The position numbers were made by a program, and so were the translations under genes. A model generated the notes under the pieces. The model was given only the letters and a program-made list of their open reading frames with translations. It had not been told where the DNA came from and made no database searches. A stretch of DNA of 64,000 nucleotides from positions 96,001 through 160,000 of the forward strand of contig JAHLWR010000003.1 of NCBI GenBank assembly GCA_019057815.1, read 5' to 3'. Position 1 is the stretch's first letter, and every line of letters starts with the position of its first letter. Source of the stretch: Candidatus Heimdallarchaeota archaeon. GTDB lineage: Archaea; Asgardarchaeota; Heimdallarchaeia; Heimdallarchaeales; Heimdallarchaeaceae. This document shows positions 42,030 to 51,487 of the stretch, piece after piece.

Positions 42030-43271
42030 TTAAAACACCTTTATGATCCAGAACACCCAATAAACTACTATAAGAACAGCACCTATTGCACTTGGAATCT
42101 TCTTCTTACCTTTAAGTATTTTAATAGCAGAAGCGTTTACTGCTCCAAAAATGAACATGAAGATTAAGCTAGCAGCAGTAGCAACTAGTTCTATAGAGAA
42201 AAGCAATATAAATATAATGCTCAAAATCCCAGAGATAGTGATTGCCCTCGCTGGAACTCTCGTTCTTGGATTTATTTTAGAAAAAGCTTTGGGAAGAACA
42301 TTTTCGTGAGAAAGCGTATATGATAAACGGGAAGAACCTAAGAGCGTGGCATTAATCGCAGAAGCAGCTGATATAATTGCAGCAAATGCCATAATTCCTG
42401 CCCCAGCTACTCCTAGAAACTTCCCAGCAGAATGAGTAAGGATAACTTCACCTATATCTTTTATTTCTTCGCTGTAACCAAGAACTCCGACAGTCACAAT
42501 TGCAACAGAAACATAGAGAAAGAGAACGATTATAATTGAAGAATACATTCCAATAGGTAAATCTCTTTCAGGATTCTTCATCTCTTCCACACTATTTGAA
42601 AGGATTTCAAACCCTTCCATTGAGACGAAGATTAATACAGAGCTTGCTATAACTGGAAACGCACCGTTTGGTAGAAAATTAGCAAAACTATCTTTCTTAA
42701 TAGCAAAGATTCCAACTGTTATATATAATACTAAAATAGCAACTTTCACAAAAACGAGTATGTTTTGAGTTCTAGATGATTCTTTTACTCCTACTAGATT
42801 CAATCCTACGAACAATAAGACGCTGAATAATTGGAAAACAAAGACTGAAACTGAAATATTGAAGAAGGGTAAAGTACTATCTCCAAAAAGGTGCCATACC
42901 TCTCCCAGATATCTGCCAAAAGTCATTGCATAAAGGCTAACAGAAAAACTATAGCCAAACCACAGAATTATCCCTAAAATCCCTGAAAACCATTTAGACT
43001 TGAAAGCTTCTCTAACATAAATAAACGCTCCACCAGCTTTAGGATATTTTAAGGCAAGGTTAACATAGCTATAAGCAGTAAAAGCGCTTACAATACCAGC
43101 TAAGAGGAAAGCAAGAAAAGCACCAGGACCTGATTCATATATTACAAGACCTAAAACGCTGAAGACCCCCCCACCAATTAGAGCACCGATAGCTATGCCT
43201 AGAGCTTCCTTCAAACCCAGCTCTTTGGAGAGCTCGACAACATCGTTGGAGTTCTTTTTGTTCTCTGCCAT
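42030..43271 (-). CDS. APC-family amino acid permease
   Basis: IGALIGGGVF, P.AGG.F.Y, EEMKNPERDLP, SRLSY; about 12 TM segments. Confidence 0.92.
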   Translation of the reverse strand: MAENKKNSNDVVELSKELGLKEALGIAIGALIGGGVFSVLGLVIYESGPGAFLAFLLAGIVSAFTAYSYVNLALKYPKAGGAFIYVREAFKSKWFSGILGIILWFGYSFSVSLYAMTFGRYLGEVWHLFGDSTLPFFNISVSVFVFQLFSVLLFVGLNLVGVKESSRTQNILVFVKVAILVLYITVGIFAIKKDSFANFLPNGAFPVIASSVLIFVSMEGFEILSNSVEEMKNPERDLPIGMYSSIIIVLFLYVSVAIVTVGVLGYSEEIKDIGEVILTHSAGKFLGVAGAGIMAFAAIISAASAINATLLGSSRLSYTLSHENVLPKAFSKINPRTRVPARAITISGILSIIFILLFSIELVATAASLIFMFIFGAVNASAIKILKGKKKIPSAIGAVLIVVYWVFWIIKVF

Positions 43272-43388
43272 CGGTATCCCATTAAGAGCCAATTTAATCA
43301 AGGAATTTAAGAATATTTCTGTAATAGAAATAAGAAATATTGTAATTTTTGCTGTTAAGAAAGCAGTTATTAAGCAACTTTAAGACGC

Positions 43389-44303
43389 TTAAATTGAAGA
43401 AACAATTGCATATATTCCAAAAATTACTAAGTTTGCAATAATCGATGACCATAATATCTTCTTATTCCAAGTTTTAATGTATTGTCCATTGTTAATTCCA
43501 ATTGGTATTAAATTGAACAACACGTAGAAAAACATCAAAAAGGGGAATATGCTCAGTCCTTGGCGCATCTCAAGTGGGAATAAATCAGTGAGTAATGTTA
43601 CAATTGTAAAAATTTGAAAACCTAATATCCACATTATCCCACTCAAAGCTACTTTCCCTCTTTCTCTCACTTTAGCAGTAAAATCTCGGAAAACAAGAAA
43701 AGACGGGAAAATGATAAAAAGTATGAATATACTTACAATGCCTAGAAGTAATCCTTGTAACCACAAGACATTACTGCTACGAACTCCATAATGTCTTGAA
43801 AGAATTTTTTGTAAAACTAGATGACCTCCAAAAATTACCAGGACTCCAAAAAGAACAGTTAGAAAAGGCCATGGAAAGAGGAAATTCACTGGTTTTTTTT
43901 CAATAACAGCTACTCTAAACATCAGATGAAGGTACATAAAAAGAGCTACAGCAACTGTAGCTATTAAAATATTGTACATATTTGTTTTAAAACTATATAA
44001 TGTATAGAAAGAAGAACGAATTAAGAATCTATCCTCTGGTCTCATATAATTTGCTTTTTGATCCGAATCAACTTTTCTTACAAAGGTTTTTCTCTTAGTT
44101 TTTCTACTCTCAGATTCTTTTTTTGCTATCCTAGTAGTTGACAACTTAGCTTTTCTATATTCATCTGTTTGGAAAAACCCTACCATAGGGCAATCGTGTT
44201 GTTCTGCTAATCTATGTTTACCACAATAATATTGATTGCATAGTTTACATTTAAAAGGATAAACTTCTTCTTCATTGCACTCTGGATATGAACAATTCTT
44301 CAT
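43389..44303 (-). CDS. AN1-type zinc finger fused to an M50-peptidase-like membrane domain (degenerate)
   Basis: C....C...PFKCKLC...YC.KHRL.EQHDC; membrane part has HLVLQK, GKVALSG and FNLIPIGINNG. Confidence 0.75.
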   Translation of the reverse strand: MKNCSYPECNEEEVYPFKCKLCNQYYCGKHRLAEQHDCPMVGFFQTDEYRKAKLSTTRIAKKESESRKTKRKTFVRKVDSDQKANYMRPEDRFLIRSSFYTLYSFKTNMYNILIATVAVALFMYLHLMFRVAVIEKKPVNFLFPWPFLTVLFGVLVIFGGHLVLQKILSRHYGVRSSNVLWLQGLLLGIVSIFILFIIFPSFLVFRDFTAKVRERGKVALSGIMWILGFQIFTIVTLLTDLFPLEMRQGLSIFPFLMFFYVLFNLIPIGINNGQYIKTWNKKILWSSIIANLVIFGIYAIVSSI

Positions 44304-44327
44304 TTTTGTGTTACCTTTTGTAGTCCA

Positions 44328-45206
44328 TCATTTTTCTAACATATGGTGAACACATACACCTGGAGTTAGAAGCTTATCCCTGATTTTATTAGACAAAGAT
44401 TTTGTTATTTTCTGAATTAGTGTTTTTTTTCTTGAACAACCAATTAACACCATATCAGGTTCATCTTTTTCGAAAATAAACTCTAAAGATGAACTCAAAC
44501 CATGTCCAATTATGAATTTAGGTTGAATTATACGACCAAAAATTTTGGAATAATTATCGATATATTCTCTAAATGTCTTTTCTTCTTTTTTAATTTCAAC
44601 TTCATTTCTAGCTTCAGAAAGAGGGACTAATCGAGGAATTTCTGCGACATGGTAAACTTTTACTGTTGCTCCCTTTTGTGGAGCAGCAATCGCAGATGCC
44701 CACCTTAGAAGGAAAGGGTCTCTATCTGAATATGGTAGTAGAACAGCTAAGTTTTTAATCTTTTTATGAAGTTTCAGCATTGATGGAGGAAAAACTTGTA
44801 AAATCTCAGCTTGAATATGAGGTATTACACTGTTAGAAATACTGTTAATAGTAATTTTATCAAAAAGAGAAGGTTTTCGTCTACCAGACATAACAACAAG
44901 GCTTTGACGATGTTCATGCCAGTGATCTATTATTGCCTTAGAAATATTATGCTTTTTTACTATTTTCATGTCAAATTCGATTTCATATTTAGCAAGTTTT
45001 TCAAAGTATTTTTCAAAGAAAGGTTCTCGTGTCTTACCGATATGGAGGAAATCTAGTTTTGAACCATATTCATGAGCGATATAAAAAGCTGTATCCAAAG
45101 CCATCTGCTCAAATTCAACTCCTTTGATGGGAACTAATATTCTATCTAAATAAACAAAGAACTCATCTTGAAAATTTAACTTGTGTTGAGATGGTATATT
45201 ACTCAT
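44328..45206 (-). CDS. Tandem universal stress protein
   Basis: ILVPIKG...LVVMSG and LAVLLP...DMVLIG domains. Confidence 0.8.
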   Translation of the reverse strand: MSNIPSQHKLNFQDEFFVYLDRILVPIKGVEFEQMALDTAFYIAHEYGSKLDFLHIGKTREPFFEKYFEKLAKYEIEFDMKIVKKHNISKAIIDHWHEHRQSLVVMSGRRKPSLFDKITINSISNSVIPHIQAEILQVFPPSMLKLHKKIKNLAVLLPYSDRDPFLLRWASAIAAPQKGATVKVYHVAEIPRLVPLSEARNEVEIKKEEKTFREYIDNYSKIFGRIIQPKFIIGHGLSSSLEFIFEKDEPDMVLIGCSRKKTLIQKITKSLSNKIRDKLLTPGVCVHHMLEK

Positions 45207-45300
45207 TCTAATGGTCGTTTTTACTGTCTTCTCATTTTATAAAAGGTTTGTGTCAAGCAGTTATCTACGGGAAGAAAGGTTTAGAAAAGTTTTTACTGAT

Positions 45301-46308
45301 TTAATTTTCTCGTAAATCGATTATATCCTCTGTTCTTGGTCCTGTCCCTATTAGAGTTACCTTACATCTGGTTTTAGCTTCAATTGTATCAATGAACTCT
45401 AAAGCTTCACCCTTGAGGTTGTCTACATTGTTGCTTTTTGCTATTTTAGGATAGATGATGTCAAGTTTAGTTAATGCAATCTGAGTCGCACTGTTGATTC
45501 TAACAGCTTTTTTAGCAAGTTCAAAATTAAATGGAGCAGCTCTTCTTAGTCTTCCTGTTACGGCACCGTATTCTACCCATCCTTTTTCAATTGTTTCTTC
45601 TTCAGATAATTCTCCAGGAAGTTCTCCTGTTCCTACTCTAGTAATAAACGATTTCATCACTACAATAACCTCATCAACTTTTTTAGGTCCAACACCTATA
45701 TCTGAGCATATTGCTGAAGCTGTAGTGTCTTTAGAAGTGACATAGGGGTAAGTTCCATGGTAAAGAGATAAGAAAGTTGCTTGACTTCCTTCAGCTAGCA
45801 CATTTTCTCCTTGATCAAGAGCATCATTAATCTCTGTACTCACATCCGTTAGAAATTCTTGTAATTCAGGTATGTCTCTTGCTACTTTTAACGACCTCAT
45901 AGCTCTATCCATATTTGCTGGACCCGTTCCACTTCCAGTTGAACCTATTTTACCAGAGAGATGCTTGTTTTTGGAATCCATTTCTATATGTTTGTCTTCA
46001 ATGATTCCAACTTGGTAATCTATTCCTAGTTTACTTTGCGATTTTGTATCTTCAATTTCCTTGAATAGAACCTTAGTGTTAATAAGAACACCTGCTCCTA
46101 TAAGGAGACGTGTGTTAGGATTAATAAAGCCTGAAGGAATCAACCGTAGTTTGTACTCTTTTCCTTCGAAAAATATTGTATGACCAGCATTTGGCCCCAC
46201 ACCTGCTCGAGCAACTATAGAAGGTTTATCTACTATGGCTAGATGAGATAGAATTTTTCCTTTCCCCTCATCTCCCCAAAATCCACCACATATTACAGTA
46301 AGAGTCAT
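45301..46308 (-). CDS. purA: Adenylosuccinate synthetase (short archaeal type)
   Basis: GGFWGDEGKGK, GPNAGHT, GTYPYVTS, TRVG, TKLD. Confidence 0.97.
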   Translation of the reverse strand: MTLTVICGGFWGDEGKGKILSHLAIVDKPSIVARAGVGPNAGHTIFFEGKEYKLRLIPSGFINPNTRLLIGAGVLINTKVLFKEIEDTKSQSKLGIDYQVGIIEDKHIEMDSKNKHLSGKIGSTGSGTGPANMDRAMRSLKVARDIPELQEFLTDVSTEINDALDQGENVLAEGSQATFLSLYHGTYPYVTSKDTTASAICSDIGVGPKKVDEVIVVMKSFITRVGTGELPGELSEEETIEKGWVEYGAVTGRLRRAAPFNFELAKKAVRINSATQIALTKLDIIYPKIAKSNNVDNLKGEALEFIDTIEAKTRCKVTLIGTGPRTEDIIDLREN

Positions 46309-46396
46309 TATTAAAAGGTTTAGAGTATAAGATAATAAATTTTTCATTTGGATACATCATTACGAAAAGCTAATAAAGCGCATAAACCAACTTAAC

Positions 46397-46969
46397 ATGA
46401 GGACAATGTCTATTTTTGGAGTAGTTAAAATAGTCTTAATGGGAGATTTTGCAACTGGAAAGACAACCTTAAAGCGATCATTTATGGGAATGCACTTAGA
46501 TGAAAGGTACATGAGTACACTAGGTGTAGATCTTGCTTCTTATAATCATCAAGATGAAGATATGACGATAAAATATCAAATTTGGGATTTGGGAGGTCAA
46601 GATGAATTCGTTAAAGTCAGAAGGAAACAGTATAAAGGTGCGGAAGGTGGTCTTCTCGTCTTTGATAAGAGTAGAGATATGACTTTTGAAAATCTAGATA
46701 CATGGTTAGATGAAATAAATTCTTCAATTGATCAATCAGTTTTTCTTTTAATACTAGGGAATAAAGACGACTTAGTATCTGAAGAGGTTAATAGAGAATG
46801 GGATGAAAAAGCATCAAAATATATCAAAGACAACATATCAACTTATCCACACATTAAGCTGTTAGGCTATTTTTCGACCTGTGCTTTACATGGTAGTAAC
46901 GTAGAGAAAGCTTTTGTAAAAATAGGAAGAGAAATTATCAAAAGAAAAAGTGACGATATGATTATTTAG
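46397..46969 (+). CDS. Rab-like small GTPase
   Basis: G1 GDFATGKTT, STLGVD, G3 WDLGGQ, G4 NKDD, G5 STCAL. Confidence 0.93.
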   Translation: MRTMSIFGVVKIVLMGDFATGKTTLKRSFMGMHLDERYMSTLGVDLASYNHQDEDMTIKYQIWDLGGQDEFVKVRRKQYKGAEGGLLVFDKSRDMTFENLDTWLDEINSSIDQSVFLLILGNKDDLVSEEVNREWDEKASKYIKDNISTYPHIKLLGYFSTCALHGSNVEKAFVKIGREIIKRKSDDMII

Positions 46970-47066
46970 CTTTTTAAAAGAATTTTACATTAGTAAATAG
47001 TCATCAAAAAGAAAGAATTAAAACTGATAACATTAGAAAACGTGTAGGAATACTCTGGTTATTACT

Positions 47067-47966
47067 ATGGCAGACAGTATAATTGGACAATTTATTGTTG
47101 GCTTATTGCCAATATTAGTTTTCGTAGCATTATATCTCGGATTTTATATATGGGGAAAAAGGAAAAATAAAAAGAAGAAAGAAGGATATATCGAAGATAT
47201 TGTAACTGCTATGGATCCATATATAGAAAATTATACTAGAAAAGACCCTTCTGATAGACAAGTTGAACTAAGAACGCAGTTAAGCGAAGATTATTTAGTA
47301 AAATCTGCATCTGCTTGGGTATTATTACTTCCAAGAACAAGTTTTCCAACAATGCTTGTTGACGGTTTATTTTTTAGAAATAAAGATTCTTTTGGTTTAG
47401 CAGCTAATTTCCCAGAAAAACCCAGAGTCATTTTTGAAGTAATACCTTATCGTTCAAGATCTGCTATTCGAAAGGATTTTGATTACCTTGTTGCAATTGA
47501 TGACATCGACACCCCAGATTCAGAAGTAAATAGTACCTATCTTATAAAATCAAACAAACCAAAAATCATTAATCAGCTAATTAGAAGTAAGACTTTCATA
47601 AAGACAATGAACGATTATCCAAAAATCATTCAATGGATTTCTATAAGGACTGATGAACCTCATTTTGAAATGAAATTTGAATTAACAGGGAAACAAGCAG
47701 ACTTACTTTCACTTACTAAATTCACTATGATTCTTTTGAAATTCTTTGGAAAAGTAATAGAAAACACAAAGAGTTTACCTATTCCAGTGATTCTCAAGAA
47801 AGAAACAAAGAAACTCTCTGATAAAGAAAAGGCTAAACAAGAAAAAGAAAAACAGAAATTCATGAAGGAAAGAGAAAAACGCAGAGAGAAAGCCCGAAGT
47901 AAGGAAGAAAAAGAAGCTAAGAAAAGATCTAAAGCTGAAGACAAAGCAAGGAGAAAAGCTAAATAA
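47067..47966 (+). CDS. CCDC47/DUF1682-like single-pass membrane protein
   Basis: N-terminal TM ending YIWGKRKN, alpha/beta globular domain, long charged C-terminal helix; co-linear with CCDC47. Confidence 0.65.
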   Translation: MADSIIGQFIVGLLPILVFVALYLGFYIWGKRKNKKKKEGYIEDIVTAMDPYIENYTRKDPSDRQVELRTQLSEDYLVKSASAWVLLLPRTSFPTMLVDGLFFRNKDSFGLAANFPEKPRVIFEVIPYRSRSAIRKDFDYLVAIDDIDTPDSEVNSTYLIKSNKPKIINQLIRSKTFIKTMNDYPKIIQWISIRTDEPHFEMKFELTGKQADLLSLTKFTMILLKFFGKVIENTKSLPIPVILKKETKKLSDKEKAKQEKEKQKFMKEREKRREKARSKEEKEAKKRSKAEDKARRKAK

Positions 47967-48134
47967 AATAACCTCATTTTGCATTTCTCATTTATTCAAA
48001 ATTCCAATATTCTCCAACCAGAAAACATTTCATGAAAGAATTTATATATTACCTTTTGAAGGAGTTATTAACTTCAATCTATATTACACCTATTTTAACT
48101 ATTTTAGCTAAAAACAGTAAGAATCGGATAAAAA

Positions 48135-49010
48135 ATGATAAGTAACATAGACCAAAAACCTACAAAATTAAAAATAATAACTGATAGCTCCTGTGACTTA
48201 CCTGATGCGTTTTTAAAGGAATATGACATAGATTATGTTCCTTTCTATGTTAATATTGCTGGTAAAAGCTATATTGATAGAACAGAACTAAAGCCAGAAG
48301 TTTACTATGAGCAATTAAAATCTATTAAAGACCTACCAACAACTTCTGCACCTAGTCCAAAAGATTTCTTCGATAAGGTAAATTCAGTAGTCAAAGATTA
48401 TTCCACAGTTTTAATAACAACAATCTCTTCAAAACTATCCGCAACATATCAATCTGCAAGAGTAGCTGCTAAACGTTTAAGAGAAAAAAGTGTTCATGTC
48501 TTCGACTCATTATCTGGATCTGGAGGTGTAGGATTATTATGTCTTGCAGCTGCAAAGCTTGCTAGACAAGGATTGAAAGAAGATAATTTGATAAAAGAAG
48601 TTGAACGAATCAGAAAAGAAACAATTTTGCTTGGATACGTTGACAACCTTGAGAACTTAGTGAAATCAGGTAGAATATCCAATTTTAAGTATCTCATTGG
48701 TAGATTAATGAAAGCCAAACCTATACTCCAAGTGAAAGATGGATTGATTCAACCTCTATCAAAAGCTTCAGGAAAAGAAAAAGCTATCAAAAAAATGCTT
48801 AACATCTTGTACAAGCGTGTTGATGAGGATGTTAAATATGATATTATGATAACTCATGGGGATGATTATGAGACTTCTAATAACATTCTACAACAGATAG
48901 AAAAGAAAGTTGAATTAGGAGAAAAGATTATTAATTTCTTGACACCTGCTTTAGCAACCCATTTAGGGCTTGGAACTATAGTTGTAACACTATCTCCAAG
49001 TGTGGATTAA
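48135..49010 (+). CDS. DegV-family fatty-acid-binding protein
   Basis: IITDSSCDL, PTTSAPS, ISSKLSATYQ, L.KSGRI, KPIL, HLG.G. Confidence 0.93.
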   Translation: MISNIDQKPTKLKIITDSSCDLPDAFLKEYDIDYVPFYVNIAGKSYIDRTELKPEVYYEQLKSIKDLPTTSAPSPKDFFDKVNSVVKDYSTVLITTISSKLSATYQSARVAAKRLREKSVHVFDSLSGSGGVGLLCLAAAKLARQGLKEDNLIKEVERIRKETILLGYVDNLENLVKSGRISNFKYLIGRLMKAKPILQVKDGLIQPLSKASGKEKAIKKMLNILYKRVDEDVKYDIMITHGDDYETSNNILQQIEKKVELGEKIINFLTPALATHLGLGTIVVTLSPSVD

Positions 49011-49021
49011 CTCCTTATCTT

Positions 49022-50557
49022 TTATTTTTCTTTTGGTTTAAAACTCAAAGCTTTAGCAATTACTTTGTTGATATTATTTGTGATATCTGAAGCCATCAGT
49101 CCATTACCAAATTGTTGAGATGCTAATTCACCAGCAGCTCCTGAGATATATGCACCTAAACATGCTGATGTATAAGAATCATTTGTAACTGAAAAGAGAG
49201 TTCCTATTATTCCTGTTAATACGTCCCCTGATCCTCCAACTGTCATCCCTGGGTGACCAGTCTTGTTGAATTTGGTGTTAAAACCGTCTGATATGATGTC
49301 TATCTGCCCTTTGACAAGAATTACTGTTTTGTATTTTAAAGCAATTTCAGTGACCAAGTTTGCATCTTTCCTTAAATCATTGTAAAACTTTTTGTTGAAG
49401 ACTTTACCAAATTCACCTCTGTGAGGTGTCAATATTGTATCATGCTTGAAAAGAAGTTGTAATTCGCTTTCAGATAGAACTGACAGGGCACCAGCGTCAA
49501 TAACGATTTGTCTTTTCATTTCACTCTCAAGAAGTTTATTAACACATTGATTGGTTTTTACAGAATCTTTCATTCCAGGACCTATAATAAAGGCTGAATT
49601 TCTAGTTTTATCTTCTTCCATGATAAGTGAAATATCAGAAGGGTCAATTTCATTTTCTTTTGCGGGAATTGTAATAAAATCTGGAGAATAAGCTGCTAAT
49701 ACATGTCTTATATTTTTCGGAGTTAGGATGAAGACTAGATCAGCTCCTGTTCGAAAAGCACCAAAACCAGCTAAAGCGGGTGCACCGATGTACTCATCGG
49801 ATCCTCCTATTATTGTTACTACACCATTATCTCTTTTATGACTATCATTCTTCCTTTTAGGATAATTCCATTTCAAATCTCCTAATCCTACATACGTTTC
49901 AGCTTCTTCTGGAATACCAATATCTTTTACAATTATTAGAGATTCAGAGAAATCATTTGATTCAACTTTGTTCTTTCCCAAACATACAATTTTCTCAGGA
50001 TTTGATATGAAAATAGTATTATTGGACGTAGGATTATATCCAGAGGGAGTATCTATAGAAATTATCTTTCCTCTAAAATGAGAGTTAAGATATTCGATTA
50101 ATGATTTATAGGGTTCTTTCGGTGTTCCTAAGATTCCTATCCCAAGAAGTGCATCAATAATGAGTTTATTATCATTGATATTACTTTTAAATTTTCCAAA
50201 TGCCTTCTTATCTTTAATTCTGATTATCCTTTCATCTGTTAATATTTCTGTTAGTCTTTCAAAGTTTTTTTGAGATGAGAGAGAATTAAACTTGTTTTTG
50301 TTTCCAAATAGAGCTAAGGAGCAGTTATATCCTTTGTTAATCAAGAGTCTTGCAGTTACTAACCCATCTCCTCCATTATTTCCATATCCCGCAACAATAA
50401 GAATACTATTTTTTTTTACTTGCGGAATATTAATAATTTCCTCAAATACAGCTTTACCAGCATTTTCCATTAATTTAATAATTGGAATACCCATAGCAAA
50501 AGCATTGTCTTCTAAAGCCCTTACTTCAATAAAAGTAAAGTATTTTCTTTTCATCAT
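49022..50557 (-). CDS. nnr: Bifunctional NAD(P)HX epimerase/dehydratase
   Basis: LMENAG, GNNGGDG, DALLG; HK..NG, GPG, IDAGAL, TPH.GEF, GGSGDVLTG. Confidence 0.95.
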   Translation of the reverse strand: MMKRKYFTFIEVRALEDNAFAMGIPIIKLMENAGKAVFEEIINIPQVKKNSILIVAGYGNNGGDGLVTARLLINKGYNCSLALFGNKNKFNSLSSQKNFERLTEILTDERIIRIKDKKAFGKFKSNINDNKLIIDALLGIGILGTPKEPYKSLIEYLNSHFRGKIISIDTPSGYNPTSNNTIFISNPEKIVCLGKNKVESNDFSESLIIVKDIGIPEEAETYVGLGDLKWNYPKRKNDSHKRDNGVVTIIGGSDEYIGAPALAGFGAFRTGADLVFILTPKNIRHVLAAYSPDFITIPAKENEIDPSDISLIMEEDKTRNSAFIIGPGMKDSVKTNQCVNKLLESEMKRQIVIDAGALSVLSESELQLLFKHDTILTPHRGEFGKVFNKKFYNDLRKDANLVTEIALKYKTVILVKGQIDIISDGFNTKFNKTGHPGMTVGGSGDVLTGIIGTLFSVTNDSYTSACLGAYISGAAGELASQQFGNGLMASDITNNINKVIAKALSFKPKEK

Positions 50558-50619
50558 TAATTAAAAATCTAATTACTGCTTTAAAACAATTATTCTAAGA
50601 TATAAAAAAAAAGAAATGT

Positions 50620-51189
50620 TCAGACGTATTTCAAAGTTTTTTGAGCTCTTTTGTGTTCTTTATCAAGCTCATCATCTAATGTATCAAGCAGAGTAGATGT
50701 TTGTTTTCTTACTCTCACATAGTCTTCATATGATGTTTTGAGAGAGTTAAGAGAATTTTCGAATAACCCTAAAGATGTTTGATCATTTTGAACAAAAGAA
50801 AGTGTTTTACTTATGTTCTGGGCTACATTCTTGAGAAGCGCGATTACATCTTCCTCTTTTTTACTAATATTCATCATTTTTTTAGGTGTTTTTAGGGGGA
50901 AATCTAATCCGTCTATTTCTACCATTAATGTATATATTCCAGCAATGATTTCTTCCATAACATTCAACGTTTTTCCTAGATTTTGTAATGTAAGAAGTAC
51001 ATCTTCTTTTAAATCGGCAAATTCTTCTTGATTTTCATTGGATTGTTTGAAAGATGTGTGTATTTTTTCTACATCATCAACGATTTGTTGTGATTTGTCA
51101 GTCCATTTTTTTCTAATCTCTTTGAGATTATGCATAAAAGAGCCTGTGGCATGTGCCAAGGAATCAGTTTTTCTTACTGCAAAATTCAT
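50620..51189 (-). CDS. All-helical/coiled-coil hypothetical protein
   Basis: 189-aa ORF with heptad-like helices; GGTGA RBS. Confidence 0.7.
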   Translation of the reverse strand: MNFAVRKTDSLAHATGSFMHNLKEIRKKWTDKSQQIVDDVEKIHTSFKQSNENQEEFADLKEDVLLTLQNLGKTLNVMEEIIAGIYTLMVEIDGLDFPLKTPKKMMNISKKEEDVIALLKNVAQNISKTLSFVQNDQTSLGLFENSLNSLKTSYEDYVRVRKQTSTLLDTLDDELDKEHKRAQKTLKYV

Positions 51190-51487
51190 TATATCACCTT
51201 TGATGATATTTGGAAGGAATGAAAACAGTACTCGTTCTGAAATAACTTGAAAAAAGTTGTGAATATTCCTCCAAACATATATGTATTATATTATGCATTG
51301 CCCAATATAAAACTTACCGATACCACAATATGGTTCTGGATATTATACAAAAATGTAATTCTTCCTATTCCAAATGCATCTGTGTTAGAAAATTTGTGGT
51401 CTAGAATAGAAAAAATACTCATTTAATATTTTTCTGTAATAGGTCAATAATCGATGATTTAAAAATAACCCTTTCTATACTGTTCTT

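Noticed and set aside
47660-47984. Phe/Leu/Ser-rich minus-strand ORFs that look like membrane proteins
   Set aside because: They are antisense shadows of the K/E-rich tail of the 47067 gene.
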